Source of the DNA: Candidatus Latescibacterota bacterium
GTDB lineage: Bacteria > Latescibacterota > UBA2968 > UBA8231
Reading direction: 5' to 3'
Assembly (NCBI GenBank): GCA_965223905.1
Contig: CBDCXV010000009.1
Coordinates: 768,001 to 832,000, forward strand
Length of the DNA stretch: 64,000 nucleotides
Shown: positions 8,741 to 19,156 of the stretch, piece after piece
How positions within the stretch are numbered: position 1 is the stretch's first letter
Layout of the letters: every line of letters begins with the position of its first letter
Program-made: the position numbers and the translations under genes
Notes under the pieces: model-generated
The model's database searches: none
The model's input: the letters and a program-made list of their open reading frames with translations, nothing else
What the model was told of the DNA's origin: nothing

Positions 8741-9660
8741 CGCACAGCTGTCGAGAAAAGGCTTGGAAATCCCCCGGGTAAACGTTTTGCGTCGAGCTTT
8801 ACGGTCAGGTCGGTAAGACGTTCGCGAATGATGGAGCAATCCCCGATCTCCATGCCGAGCCATTTGCGATCGTGAACCTCGGCCTGTTGATAGGTACTGC
8901 CTCCCCCTCCGAAGGGATCAAGTACGACGTCCCCGGGCTCGCTCGACATCAGGATGGCGCGTCCGGGAATGACGGGTTTCAGTTCGTTGATCCCGGGCCG
9001 GACCTTGAACTTGCGGTGCCGGACCGGTGAGGTGTCGTCCCAGAAGTCGGTCAAGTTGAGCCCGTCCGGGTTAAGGGCTTTTCGGTGTCCACCGTAATCC
9101 TTGATGTCCTTGCCGCAGTGCCGGCATTGGGGTACCGGAACGCGCAGGCGATTGTAGACGCGAGGCTCGCCCTTGGTGAAATAGAGCAGTGCGTAGTGTG
9201 CCGGGTACAGCTTCTTCCCCCGGGGGTAGGTGCCCTTCATGCTCAGGGCGATCCAGTGCCGGAATTGCATGGAACGGTTATCCAGGTGGTGCGCGAGATG
9301 GAAAGCCCACCTGGGCAGAGAATAGATGAACAGCGCCCCGCCATCGACGAGTACGCGGCAACACTCTTCGATCCAGCGGCAACACCAGTCGAGATAATCA
9401 TCATCCGTCCACGAGTCTGAAAAACCGTTGCCGTATTCCTTGTTGAGGTTGAATGGCGGATCGGCGAAAACCGTGTGAACCGACTCCGAGCATACCAAAG
9501 GCAGAACATCGAGACAGTCCGAGTTGAAGAGAACGCCTTTGGAAGTAACCAGGTAGGGCTGCGGGTGAGTATCGGTGTCGGTCAGCGTCGAGGAAACCAT
9601 TGAGGAGTTTGCTTCAGGGAGAATTGATTGCGAAAAGTTCGGTACCTGAGGGTACCACAT
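8728..9660 (-). CDS. Beta-class amino DNA methyltransferase, M.BamHI-like (probably m4C)
   Basis: FADPPFNL precedes VLDPFGGGG. LYPAHYALLYFTKG, CRHCGKDIKDYGG and PVRH..NEL closely parallel M.BamHI as recalled. Confidence 0.9.
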   Translation of the reverse strand: MWYPQVPNFSQSILPEANSSMVSSTLTDTDTHPQPYLVTSKGVLFNSDCLDVLPLVCSESVHTVFADPPFNLNKEYGNGFSDSWTDDDYLDWCCRWIEECCRVLVDGGALFIYSLPRWAFHLAHHLDNRSMQFRHWIALSMKGTYPRGKKLYPAHYALLYFTKGEPRVYNRLRVPVPQCRHCGKDIKDYGGHRKALNPDGLNLTDFWDDTSPVRHRKFKVRPGINELKPVIPGRAILMSSEPGDVVLDPFGGGGSTYQQAEVHDRKWLGMEIGDCSIIRERLTDLTVKLDAKRLPGGFPSLFSTAVRCPK

Positions 9661-9789
9661 GTTGGATCACCTCGCCATGTGAATGCCATAGCGATGACAC
9701 CGTAAATGATAATGAACAAACGTATACCATCATAGAGAGGGCATCGAACCTGGTCAATGGAGAAGGCGCCGCAATTGCCGCTTCGGTCC

Positions 9790-11019
9790 CTAAGCACCGG
9801 CGACGAACGGCTCGCGCTGAAACGACATCAGGAACTCGGGACCGCTTTCCGTCACGTGGCAGACGTCCCCGAGGGGGACGAACATCTTCCCCGACCCGGG
9901 CAGCGAGAAGGTCGAGTGCACGACCGCGGTGGTTCCTTCCTGCAGCGGGGTCTCGTTGCTCTCGTTGAGCACCGGGCTCTCGCTGTAGTCGAGCCCCATG
10001 CCGTGGCCGATGCGGCCGCCCTGGACCTCCCAGCCGCTCTCGGCCGCCTTCTCCCGCACCGCCCTGGCGACGCCGCCCACGGGAGCGCCCGGCCTCATCA
10101 CCTCGAGGCCGGCGTCCTGGGCCTGGCGCGTCAGGGCGCAGATGCGGTCGAGCTCGGGGCACGGCTCGCCGAGGGAGCCGGTGCGCTGGCCGTGGCACCA
10201 GTACCCCTTGTAGACGACGTAGGAGCAGGCGGCCATCAGGTCGCCGGCTTCCAGCACCCGCATGTGGGGCTTGACCTCGAGCCTGACGTCGGACCAGTCC
10301 GGCGCCGGCCCGGAGGCGATCCAGTACTTGGCGACGTCGGCCCCCTGCCTGCGGATGACGCGCTCCATCTCCGCGACGACCTCGATGCCGCGCATCCCGG
10401 GGCGGGCGGTCTTCACCAGGGTTTCGAAGCCGAGGTCGCTGAGCGCCGCGGCCCGGCGCATCATCTTGACCTCGCCGGGGGACTTGGCGTAGCGCAGCTC
10501 GGCGACGATGTCCCGGGGGGCGGCGAACCGGGCGCCGAGCTCCCCGACCAGGGCCTGGTGGAACGGCTGCGGCATGTTGTCGATGCCGACGACGCCGACC
10601 TGCCGGTCGCCGAAACCGCTCCCGTCGAGGATCGCCAGGGTTTCGGCGGCAAAGCTCCGCGGGGCCCCCGGCTTGCGCGCGTCGACGGCCACGGCGTTGG
10701 GATCGACCGCGGTGACCAGGCGGACGTCGTCGAGGGGGGACACCTCCATGGCGAGGTCGCGCATGTAGGGCATGCCGGCGAACATCAGCGTCGCCTCCCC
10801 CACCCGCGGGACGACGACGGCGGAGTCGACGATGCGGTCGTGGTCCGCCCACCCCGACAGGTAGGCGACGTGGCCTGTCTGCCCCCACATGTGCTCCATC
10901 GCCGGGGAGTAGACGAACAGCGCCCCGAGGTCCTCTTCCTCCAGGAACTGCTGCACCTTGCCGATGCGTCCGGCAAGCGTTTCGCGGGAAACTGCCATGG
11001 TTTCCTCCCTCCCTTTCAA
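9790..11019 (-). CDS. M24 (Xaa-Pro peptidase/creatinase) family protein
   Basis: Creatinase-like N-domain, LRYAKSPGEV, GHGMGLD. True start may be 10998. Confidence 0.85.
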   Translation of the reverse strand: MKGREETMAVSRETLAGRIGKVQQFLEEEDLGALFVYSPAMEHMWGQTGHVAYLSGWADHDRIVDSAVVVPRVGEATLMFAGMPYMRDLAMEVSPLDDVRLVTAVDPNAVAVDARKPGAPRSFAAETLAILDGSGFGDRQVGVVGIDNMPQPFHQALVGELGARFAAPRDIVAELRYAKSPGEVKMMRRAAALSDLGFETLVKTARPGMRGIEVVAEMERVIRRQGADVAKYWIASGPAPDWSDVRLEVKPHMRVLEAGDLMAACSYVVYKGYWCHGQRTGSLGEPCPELDRICALTRQAQDAGLEVMRPGAPVGGVARAVREKAAESGWEVQGGRIGHGMGLDYSESPVLNESNETPLQEGTTAVVHSTFSLPGSGKMFVPLGDVCHVTESGPEFLMSFQREPFVAGA

Positions 11020-11138
11020 TCCCTGCCTGACACGAGGCAGGGCAGATTCTGGTTACTTGCCCATTCTGCGTTGCGGGTGTGCCCGCCACCGGTCTCCCGG
11101 TGGCTCGCCGAACCTCTGCTGATGCCCGCCGCGGAAGG

Positions 11139-12023
11139 CTACACGCGGGCGAACTTCTGGACGCGCTGCCCCAGGTCGCCGTCCCCGATCTCGGCGACGT
11201 AGATGCTGCCCTCGGCGTCGACGCAGAGTCCGTGGGGCGATTCCATCACTCCCCCGGCGGAGCCGGAGAAGCGGCTGACGCACTCCCCCTCGGGGGTCCA
11301 GACGCCGGCGCGCCCGAAGCCGCCCTGCTCGACGACGTAGATCATGCCGTCCCCGGTTACCCAGACGTCGCCGGGCATCGACAGGTCCGTCCACTCCTCG
11401 ATGAAGGCGCCGTCGGGATCGAAGACCTGGATGCGGTCGTTCTCGCGGTCGCAGACGAGCACGCGACCGTCGCGGTCGCAGCCGATGTTGTGGACGACGG
11501 CGAACTGCCCGGGGCCGGAGCCGGGCTCGCCCCAGGTGAGCAGGTGCTCTCCCTCCTTCGAGTACTTGTGCACGCAGCGGTTGGCGTAGCCGTCGGAGAC
11601 GTAGATCGAGCCGTCGGGGCCGATGGCCACGCCGGTCGGCATGTTGAACTGCCGCCGGTAGTAGGTGACGCCGGCGACTCCCCGGGTGCCCCACTCCCGC
11701 TGCATCTCCCCGAGCAGGCTGTAGCGGCGCACGATGTGCTGCAGGGAATCGGTGAGGTAGACCTCGTCGTCCGGGCCGATGAAGATGCCGTGCGACTGGC
11801 TGATCAGGTGCGGCGAGACCCCGAAGTCGCCGTACCCCCAGGAGGTGACGAAGCGGCCCTCCCTGTCGAAGACGATGATCGGGTGAACCCCGCGGGTGAA
11901 GATGAAGATGCGTCCCTTCGAATCGACGGCGGCGTCCGAGACCTGCGCGGGCACCCAGCCTTCGGGGTACTTCGCCCAGCCGTCGACCAGCTCGTACCTG
12001 AAATCACCTTCTCCAAGCTCCAT
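11139..12023 (-). CDS. NHL-repeat protein (peptidyl-alpha-hydroxyglycine lyase-like)
   Basis: FNMPTGVA, YVSDGYAN, DRENDRIQVF and PHGL repeats. Confidence 0.88.
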   Translation of the reverse strand: MELGEGDFRYELVDGWAKYPEGWVPAQVSDAAVDSKGRIFIFTRGVHPIIVFDREGRFVTSWGYGDFGVSPHLISQSHGIFIGPDDEVYLTDSLQHIVRRYSLLGEMQREWGTRGVAGVTYYRRQFNMPTGVAIGPDGSIYVSDGYANRCVHKYSKEGEHLLTWGEPGSGPGQFAVVHNIGCDRDGRVLVCDRENDRIQVFDPDGAFIEEWTDLSMPGDVWVTGDGMIYVVEQGGFGRAGVWTPEGECVSRFSGSAGGVMESPHGLCVDAEGSIYVAEIGDGDLGQRVQKFARV

Positions 12024-12041
12024 GCGAATCCTCCGTTTTAT

Positions 12042-12199
12042 CAGCCGCTGAAAAATCCATCTGGGCTGCGGCAGGCCCTGACGGCCGCAGCGAGGTTGCG
12101 CTCCCTCCCCGAATCCCCTGCGGTGCGGCCCGGTAGCGCGCCTTGTCTTCGAGCCGCCATGACTCGGCCTGCCTGCAGAGCAACTTTAGCGACGGGCTG
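12042..12199. repeat. Intergenic MITE/REP-like element with IS-type ends
   Basis: Imperfect inverted ends CAGCCGCTGAAAAA ... TTTAGCGACGGGCTG; non-coding interior. Confidence 0.4.
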
Positions 12200-12500
12200 T
12201 GTTGGTGTGAAACTCCGCGTTCCCCTCACTCCCCGGCGGGACCGCGCCTTGTTGTATTCGACCCCGCCTGCAAGCGGCTTCACCGCGGACCTCTGAATCT
12301 GGGCGAATTTCTCGATGCGCCGCTCCCTGTCGCAGTCGCCGGCCTCGCCTCGCCTGCAAGTGCCGCTTCATCAACGGGCTCCCTGAAGCGCGGCGCGGTC
12401 CGTCCTCGATTGGTACGGATTCGTCCGGAGAACGGACTCCCACAGCGGAACATCCACGGCACATCACCGGCGAACCGGTTCACGACAGGGGCGGCACCAG

Positions 12501-13448
12501 TCATCCGGCCCCCTCGATAAAAGCCTCGTACAGCTCCTGCACCCCGGCCTCGAACGGGTCGCCGTCGTGGGCGACGACGCGGATGGCGAAATCGACGGCC
12601 TCGCCGCGGTTGACGAACGTCGCCCCCTTGCGGAACGGGTTGACCCGGATGCTGCCGTAGGTGGCCGCGTACCAGGCGGCGTTGCCGAGGGAAGGGTACT
12701 GAAATACCGCGATGCCGGCTGTGCGTCCCTGTGAGTCGGTGCCGTAGTAGTCGATCCAGCCGGCGTGCTGCCAGCCGACCTCTTCGCCGCGGCGGCCCTC
12801 GGAGTCGACGAGCTCGCCGCCCAGCGGTTCGCCTCGGCGGTCGACGACGCGCAGGTGATCGGCGACGCGGATCGTGAAGTACCCGTGCCGCGACGGTCCG
12901 ATGCGGATGTCCCTGTCGGTCGGCCGCAGCTCGGAGCGGACGTCGATGAGGTTGGCGCCCTCCCCGGGGCGGACGCCGACGGTGCGCATCTCCTCGGCGA
13001 CGACGCGGCGGTACTTCGGGCTGTACCCCTCCTCCGGGCCCTGCCACTGCGTGCGCAGGATGATCTCGAGGCGGTCCTCGCCGAGCTCCGTGCACTCGTT
13101 GTGGGCGGCGGCGACGATGCGGCCTTCGCCGCGGCCGCGCATGTCGGGGCCGTCGGTGTAGAAGCACATCCCCGGGTCCTCGAAGCGGCCGGCCGCGGAG
13201 GTCCGGCAGGTGAAGAAGTAGTCGTTGCCGACGGTGATCGACTGGTGAAAGGGGTGGTCCTCCGGGCGCTCGCTGGTGACGCCGACTCCCGACGGGGTGA
13301 GGACCGGGTAGACATAGCAGCGCCGCGCCGACTGGCAGACCCCGGTGACCGGCCTGCCCTTCCAGCCCACCCGCAGCAGGCGGACCGGTTCCTCCTCCGG
13401 GTCCGCGGGAAGGGCGATGGGGGCGCTGTCGATACCGAAGTGCTTCAT
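12501..13448 (-). CDS. DUF6807/'PmoA-family' protein (not methane monooxygenase)
   Basis: YVYPVLTPSG.VT..PEDHPFH and W.DY.G motifs; lies beside Gfo/Idh genes, the usual context. Confidence 0.75.
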   Translation of the reverse strand: MKHFGIDSAPIALPADPEEEPVRLLRVGWKGRPVTGVCQSARRCYVYPVLTPSGVGVTSERPEDHPFHQSITVGNDYFFTCRTSAAGRFEDPGMCFYTDGPDMRGRGEGRIVAAAHNECTELGEDRLEIILRTQWQGPEEGYSPKYRRVVAEEMRTVGVRPGEGANLIDVRSELRPTDRDIRIGPSRHGYFTIRVADHLRVVDRRGEPLGGELVDSEGRRGEEVGWQHAGWIDYYGTDSQGRTAGIAVFQYPSLGNAAWYAATYGSIRVNPFRKGATFVNRGEAVDFAIRVVAHDGDPFEAGVQELYEAFIEGAG

Positions 13449-13449
13449 C

Positions 13450-14538
13450 TCACCTGAACCAGTCGTAGTTGAGCCCGAGGCCGCGGTCCGGCAGCGGCAG
13501 ATCGACGCGGTCCCGCCGGGCCGAGGAGAGCTTGAGGGCGATCTCGACCTCGAGCGCGGCCGCGGCGCGGCGGCCGGAGTTCAGGGGCTCGCGGCAGCGC
13601 CCCTCCAGGCAGTCGATCAGGGAGGCGAGACCGTACACGGCGTTGTATCCCGGGGCAAGCCGCGGCCCCGGCCACGGGACCTCGAGGCGGCGTTTGCCCG
13701 CGGCGGTCTCGACGTCCCGCCGGAGCCGCCAGCCCCCGTCGAGCAGCAGCTCTCCGGCGCTGCCGCTGACCCGCAGCAGGGGGGCTCCCTTGCGGAAGAA
13801 AACCACGTTGCCGGCCGCAGTCACCATCATCCCCTGGCCGGCGAACTCGTCGCTGCCGGACGGGCGCCTCTCCCCGTCGCCGCAGCCGCAGACCCAGGCC
13901 GGGTCGCCGTCGACGAACAGCGACCAGTGCTGTTTCTGCGCCATCGGCAGGGGCGCCTCCATCGACGCGACCTCGCCGAGGGTGCCGCCGCGTACGAGCT
14001 CCTTCGCCGTTCCGTAGGAGGGGTGGTTGACGGGGATGGCGCCGGCGCACAGGGGAACGCCGGCCGCGGCGCAGGCCCCGACCATGCGGTCGGCTTCCTC
14101 GAGGGTGTGCGCCATCGGCTTCTCGACGGCGATCGCCCTGACCCCGTACTCGACCGCCAGGCTGGCGAGGCCGGCGCGCCCCTTCGTGTTGGTGGCGATG
14201 GCGACGATGTCGAGCCGCTGCTCCCGCAGCATCTCCCTGGGGTCGGCGTAGACCGCGGCGGCGGCGCAGCGCTCGGAGAAAACCGCCCGCCGCTTGGGGT
14301 CGCGCTCGGCCGCGGCGACCAGCTCGACCTCGGAGCGGTCGCGCATGACCTCGGCCCAGCTGTGGGGGACCTGGGTTTCCCCGGGGCCGTCGTGGAAGTG
14401 GAAGCGGCGGTGGACGTCGAGCTCCGGGGTCGGCCTGTCGGTATCGTCGACGTCGTAGCGGGTCGGCGGCCGCCTACCGAGGTCGGAGAGCAGGCCCATC
14501 CACCCCAGTCCGATAACGCCTCCCCGGTATGCAGGCAT
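13450..14538 (-). CDS. Gfo/Idh/MocA oxidoreductase
   Basis: GVIGLGWMG and EKPMA. Confidence 0.9.
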   Translation of the reverse strand: MPAYRGGVIGLGWMGLLSDLGRRPPTRYDVDDTDRPTPELDVHRRFHFHDGPGETQVPHSWAEVMRDRSEVELVAAAERDPKRRAVFSERCAAAAVYADPREMLREQRLDIVAIATNTKGRAGLASLAVEYGVRAIAVEKPMAHTLEEADRMVGACAAAGVPLCAGAIPVNHPSYGTAKELVRGGTLGEVASMEAPLPMAQKQHWSLFVDGDPAWVCGCGDGERRPSGSDEFAGQGMMVTAAGNVVFFRKGAPLLRVSGSAGELLLDGGWRLRRDVETAAGKRRLEVPWPGPRLAPGYNAVYGLASLIDCLEGRCREPLNSGRRAAAALEVEIALKLSSARRDRVDLPLPDRGLGLNYDWFR

Positions 14539-14749
14539 GGCGGCTGCGGCTTCCTACTGACCAGTCCCACCCGGGCCGCAAGGGGCCTGAGTGTGGCGTA
14601 CCCGGGGTGAGCGGCGAGTGAGGGCAAGGCCCCGAAACGGGATTGAAGGGCGGAAGAATGGCAAGATTTTGGTGAGTCAGGAGTTTTCCATCGGTCTTGA
14701 CCGACCAGGTGGATGAAGGGCAGGGGTAGCGTGAGACCTCCAAAATAGA

Positions 14750-15778
14750 TCAGGTGGCGGCGCGGCTGGCCGCGACGAAGGCGTCGACGTCGACCGGCAC
14801 GCCCCCTTTGCGGGCCGATTCCCACGCCGCCAGCAGCGGCGCCAGGGTCTTGAGCCCGTCGCTGAAATCGCTGCGCAGCGCGCTCCCGCTGCCGCTGCGG
14901 ATCGCCTCGATGAAGGTGCGGTCCAGCTCCCGCCAGGGCTGGAACTCCTCCGACATGTACACGGTCTCGCCGTTCATCTCGATGTGCGAGTACCCGCGGT
15001 GGATCGCCAGGTACCCGCCCTCGTAGTAGAACAGGAACCAGGCCTCGTTCGCCGGGGACGCCGGCGAGGTCTGGAGGAAGGTCATGGCCATGGTGGCGCC
15101 GTTGGAGAGGCGGAAGCTGCAGGGCGCCGACAGCGGCACCCGGTAGGGCCCGCGCTCGCAGAAGAAGGCCTGCGCCGCCTCGACGTCGAGGCCGCTGACG
15201 AAGCGGCAGTAGTCGATGGCGTGCGGCCCCCATCCCAGTGAGTTGGCGTGGCACTCGATGATCCTCTCCCAGCCCGGGGTCTCGGCGTCCGGGTCGAGCG
15301 GCGGCAGCCGGTCAATGCTCTGGAAGCGGACGTGGACGATCTCCTTGTCGGCGAGCAGCCGTTTTGCCTCTTGGAAGATCGGGCGGTAGCGCTCGCGGAA
15401 GCAGACGGTGCCGAGGAGGCGGTTGCGCTTCAGGGCGTCGTCGATGTCGAGGGCGGTCTTCATGTCGAGGGCCTGCGGCTTCTCGCAGAAGAGGTGGGCC
15501 CCCTTCCCGGCCGCGGCGATTTCGACCGCGGGCCGGGCCGCGGCCGGCACCAGCGACCACAGGGCGTCGAGGGATTCCTTCTCCACCATCTCGAGGCCGT
15601 CGGTGTAGGCGGCCGGGATGTCGAATTCCGAGGCCGCGGACCGGACCTTGTCGGCGTCGATGTCGCAGACGGCGACGACTTCCGCGGCGGGGATGGACTT
15701 CAGGTTGGGGAGATGTTGGGTGACCGCGTGTCCGCCGGCGCCGTACATGCCGACGCGCACCCGGTCCGAAGCAGCCAT
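14750..15778 (-). CDS. Gfo/Idh/MocA oxidoreductase
   Basis: GMYGAGGHA, CEKPQA, HAID. Confidence 0.9.
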   Translation of the reverse strand: MAASDRVRVGMYGAGGHAVTQHLPNLKSIPAAEVVAVCDIDADKVRSAASEFDIPAAYTDGLEMVEKESLDALWSLVPAAARPAVEIAAAGKGAHLFCEKPQALDMKTALDIDDALKRNRLLGTVCFRERYRPIFQEAKRLLADKEIVHVRFQSIDRLPPLDPDAETPGWERIIECHANSLGWGPHAIDYCRFVSGLDVEAAQAFFCERGPYRVPLSAPCSFRLSNGATMAMTFLQTSPASPANEAWFLFYYEGGYLAIHRGYSHIEMNGETVYMSEEFQPWRELDRTFIEAIRSGSGSALRSDFSDGLKTLAPLLAAWESARKGGVPVDVDAFVAASRAAT

Positions 15779-15958
15779 GATCGATCCTGTGTCGTTTGTA
15801 TTGCGCCGGGGCTCGGGGGTGTCCCTCGGGTTAGGGCAGGGCCCAGGTTGGCCGGCACCGCTGGCAGAGCGACCTTACCGGGCAATATGCTGTGCAGACC
15901 AGGAGCGTACCAACCGCATAAGGACAGGCGCGGTCAAACAATTTAAGGGCGAGGAAAA

Positions 15959-17503
15959 ATGAAGCTGAAGGAATCGCTGGAACTCGGGGGCCGCCACCTG
16001 CTCGGGTGGCTCGACCCGGAAAGGAACTGGCTGCCCACGGGAAGCTGGGCGATCACTCACGACCTCGGGCGCTGGTGGGACGCCATGCTGCGCCTCGAGG
16101 ACGCCACCGGGTTCGAGATCCCCGGACACATCGAGGGGGGGAACCTGGCCAACCTGCACTGGCTCACCGACAACCCGGACGGGCTGCTCTGGGTCCCGCC
16201 CGGCCTCTACTGGCACCCGGTCAAGTTCGAGTTCCACAGCCTGCGCGAGGGGATCCTGACCTTTGCCGCCCTGGCGAAGTTCCGCGGCAGCGCCTGGGCC
16301 CGCCGGGCCGGCCGCCGCTATCTCGAAAGCATCCGCAACGGCCTGGCGCCGGACTTCTCCTGGGACGCCGGCAGGTTCGACTACGCCCGCTATTTCGACG
16401 AGGTCGAGCACCGGGACGCCGGGCACACCCCGTTCAACGAGAACCGGTTCCAGAAGACGGTGAGCCACGGCCGCTGCATCGAAGCCCTGGTCTGGTACTA
16501 CCGCTGGACGGGAGACGACCTCGCCCTCGACCTCGCCGAGCGCCTGGCGCGATTCCACCTCGAATACGCGGTCGCCGAGGACGGCCGCATCCCGCGCTGC
16601 CTGATCGCCCCGGACAGCGCCCCGGGGGACCGCCAGTCCCACCTGTACACCCTGTGCGGGCTGTTGCTTTTCGGACTGATGACGCGCCAGTCGCGCTACG
16701 TCGACGCCGTGGTCCGAACTTACGAGGTCGGAGTGCCGGAGATCGTCAACGAGTGCGGGTGGGTCGCCCACGACCTCGGGGTTCTGCGCTTCCCCGACAG
16801 GACCGGGAATCCGCTCGCCAACACCGAGTCGACCGGGGCCGCGGCGCGCCTTGCCCTGTGGATGGCGATGCACACCGGCCGGGCGGAGTGCTACGACGAC
16901 GTCGAGCGCCTGGTGCGGGCGCGGCTGTTTCCCGGGCAGACCACGGAGGCGGACCGGCGCGGAAATCCCGCCGTCGAGATAGCGGACAAGGCGATCGGGG
17001 GCTGGGGGGTGAACGACTACCCGCACGCCGGCAAGGGGTTCAACCCGAGCGGCACCGCGGAAGTCGTGCACACCTTCAGCGCCATCTACCGGAACGTCAT
17101 CTCCCGACAGGAGGCGGGGCTGTTCGTCAACATGCATTTCGACTGCGAGGGGCCCGACGCCGAGGTCGCGGTGGCGCGCGACAGGGAGGCCGTGGTGACG
17201 ATCACCCCCCGGGTGGAGGACCACCTCTTCGTGCGCGTTCCCGGGTGGGCGGACCGGGTGCGCCTGTCGGTCGACGGCGAACCGGTGGAGGCGGACATGA
17301 CCGGGCCCTGGGCCTGCATCCCGCGGCAGAGGCTGAAGCGGGGAAGCCGGGTGGTGCTGCGCTACGGGCTGCCGGAGAGGCGCACCTCCGAAACCATGCC
17401 GGCCGGGGATACCTACGAGTTCGCCTGGAGAGGGGACGAGATCATAGGCGTGGCTCCGAACGACAAGCCGCTGCCGTTCTATCCGACGCTCGAGGTTCAG
17501 TAG
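15959..17503 (+). CDS. Hypothetical (alpha/alpha)6-barrel protein, GH127-like
   Basis: Strong coding bias and GAGG RBS. The C-terminal LFVRVPGWA motif is typical of GH127-like proteins. Confidence 0.6.
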   Translation: MKLKESLELGGRHLLGWLDPERNWLPTGSWAITHDLGRWWDAMLRLEDATGFEIPGHIEGGNLANLHWLTDNPDGLLWVPPGLYWHPVKFEFHSLREGILTFAALAKFRGSAWARRAGRRYLESIRNGLAPDFSWDAGRFDYARYFDEVEHRDAGHTPFNENRFQKTVSHGRCIEALVWYYRWTGDDLALDLAERLARFHLEYAVAEDGRIPRCLIAPDSAPGDRQSHLYTLCGLLLFGLMTRQSRYVDAVVRTYEVGVPEIVNECGWVAHDLGVLRFPDRTGNPLANTESTGAAARLALWMAMHTGRAECYDDVERLVRARLFPGQTTEADRRGNPAVEIADKAIGGWGVNDYPHAGKGFNPSGTAEVVHTFSAIYRNVISRQEAGLFVNMHFDCEGPDAEVAVARDREAVVTITPRVEDHLFVRVPGWADRVRLSVDGEPVEADMTGPWACIPRQRLKRGSRVVLRYGLPERRTSETMPAGDTYEFAWRGDEIIGVAPNDKPLPFYPTLEVQ

Positions 17504-17534
17504 ACCGGAGAGGCGCCTGCCGCGGCGCTGCGGA

Positions 17535-18650
17535 TCAGTGGGCGACCGAGCCGTCGGCGTGAAAGGAGCCGCCGATCTTCACCGGCTCGAACGGGATTTC
17601 CGCGCACGCCCTCTCGTCGATTTCGACGCCGATGCCGGGGCGTTCGCGGATCTCGCGGAATCCGCCTTCCTCGGCGAACGGCTCGTCGACCAGCTCCGCG
17701 GCGATCCCGAGGTGCCGCTGCGATTCCATGAAGGCGTAGTTGGGAATGGCCGCGGCGAGATGGGCGAAGGCGGCTCCGTTGACGGGGCTGCCCATCAGGT
17801 GGGGGAACAGCTGCACGAGGGCGGACTCGGCTATCGCGGCGATCTTCTTCACCTGCGTGAAGCCGCCGGCCAGCGACAGGTCGGCGCGGATGAAACTGGC
17901 GACCTTCCTGTCGATGAGCTCCTTGAACTGAAAGATGCCGTAGCTGCGCTCGCCGACCGCCAGCGGTATGTCGACGTGGGCGGCGACGTACTCGAGGGCA
18001 TCCTCGCTTTCCGGCACCAGCGGGTCCTCGTAGAACTTCAGCCGGAACGGCCTCAGCTCGGCGGCGAGGGTGATGGCCTCGTCCGGCCTGAGGTTGCGGT
18101 GGATCTCCACCCCGAGGTCGACGCGGTCCCCGGCAGCCTCGCGCGCCGCCGCGACCATGGCGACGGCGTCGTCGACGACCTCGGCGGAGGTCCGCTGCTC
18201 GAAGCCGGGAAAGAAGGGACCGAGCCGCAGGGTGGTGTAGCCGGCGGCGACCGCCCGTCTCGCCGTCTCGCCGACTTCTTCAAGGGAGGAGCCCCCGACG
18301 CCGCCGAACACCGCGACCTTGTCGCGGCACCTGCCTCCGAGCAGCTGGTAGACCGGCAGCCCGGCCTCCTTTCCGAGGATGTCCCAGAGGGCGATGTCGA
18401 TGGCGCTGAGGGCGGCGCTCAGCACCGGTCCGGTGAAATGGGCGCTGCGGGAGACCGTCTGGAAGTGGTGCTCGATCCGGCGCGGGTCCTTGCCGACGAA
18501 ATACTCCCCCAGCTCCTCGATCGCCGCGGCGACGACCGGGTGGTGGGCCCACAGGCCGGCCTCGCCGTTGCCGACGAGGTCCTTGTCGGTGTACACGCGC
18601 ACCAGCAGGCAGCGGCCGGTCAGGAAGCTCTTAATGCAGGTTATCTTCAT
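17535..18650 (-). CDS. Enolase-superfamily dehydratase (galactonate dehydratase-like)
   Basis: SAIDIALWDILGK..GLPVYQLLGG, FYEDP, AVGER, C-terminal DGSVAH. Confidence 0.9.
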   Translation of the reverse strand: MKITCIKSFLTGRCLLVRVYTDKDLVGNGEAGLWAHHPVVAAAIEELGEYFVGKDPRRIEHHFQTVSRSAHFTGPVLSAALSAIDIALWDILGKEAGLPVYQLLGGRCRDKVAVFGGVGGSSLEEVGETARRAVAAGYTTLRLGPFFPGFEQRTSAEVVDDAVAMVAAAREAAGDRVDLGVEIHRNLRPDEAITLAAELRPFRLKFYEDPLVPESEDALEYVAAHVDIPLAVGERSYGIFQFKELIDRKVASFIRADLSLAGGFTQVKKIAAIAESALVQLFPHLMGSPVNGAAFAHLAAAIPNYAFMESQRHLGIAAELVDEPFAEEGGFREIRERPGIGVEIDERACAEIPFEPVKIGGSFHADGSVAH

Positions 18651-19046
18651 TGTGGAACAGGGGCTTATGTCTCGGGGCGATCAGCGAGCGAGCCGATGGT
18701 ACGGATCGATCCGGCGGGCGGCAAGGAAGCGGCCAAATCAGTGAGATGAAGAACACCCGGGAAAAGCGGCGAGCCGTTGCCGCTCTTCTGATCTCGGCAG
18801 TCTGCACGGACTGGCGTTGTGGCTGGTCCCCATGCCTGAGCAAGGGGAAGAGCGGGTGGTCCGGGTCCGGTTCCCAGTTCGTGTGAAACCCGAACGGTTC
18901 GAGTTGAGCCCCCCGGTTTCGGTTCCGCGTCAACTACTGGATCGCCTGCGTTCGGAAACGCGGCCGCCCGATCTCGAAACTGTGGCTTCCCGCGGCCGGT
19001 ATCTCTCCGGAAAAAAGGAATGACAGATCAGACGGAGGTTTTTTAG

Positions 19047-19127
19047 CGGATCCAGCAGGCGGCCAGCTTCGAAGGCAAGACCGCAAGCAGCTTCATTCTC
19101 TCCAGTGCCTTGGCCCAGGCGGAGCAG
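19047..19127 (+). pseudogene. Internal fragment of a DUF1778 (TacA-like) antitoxin
   Basis: RIQQAASFEGKTASSFILSSALAQAEQ, a ribbon-helix-helix pattern; no start or end. Confidence 0.55.
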
Positions 19128-19156
19128 GTACTCGTCCTCCGGTAGTGGAATCTTTC

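Noticed and set aside
12501-13448. Methane monooxygenase subunit
   Set aside because: The 'PmoA' family label is misleading; this is a soluble protein with no pmoB or pmoC.
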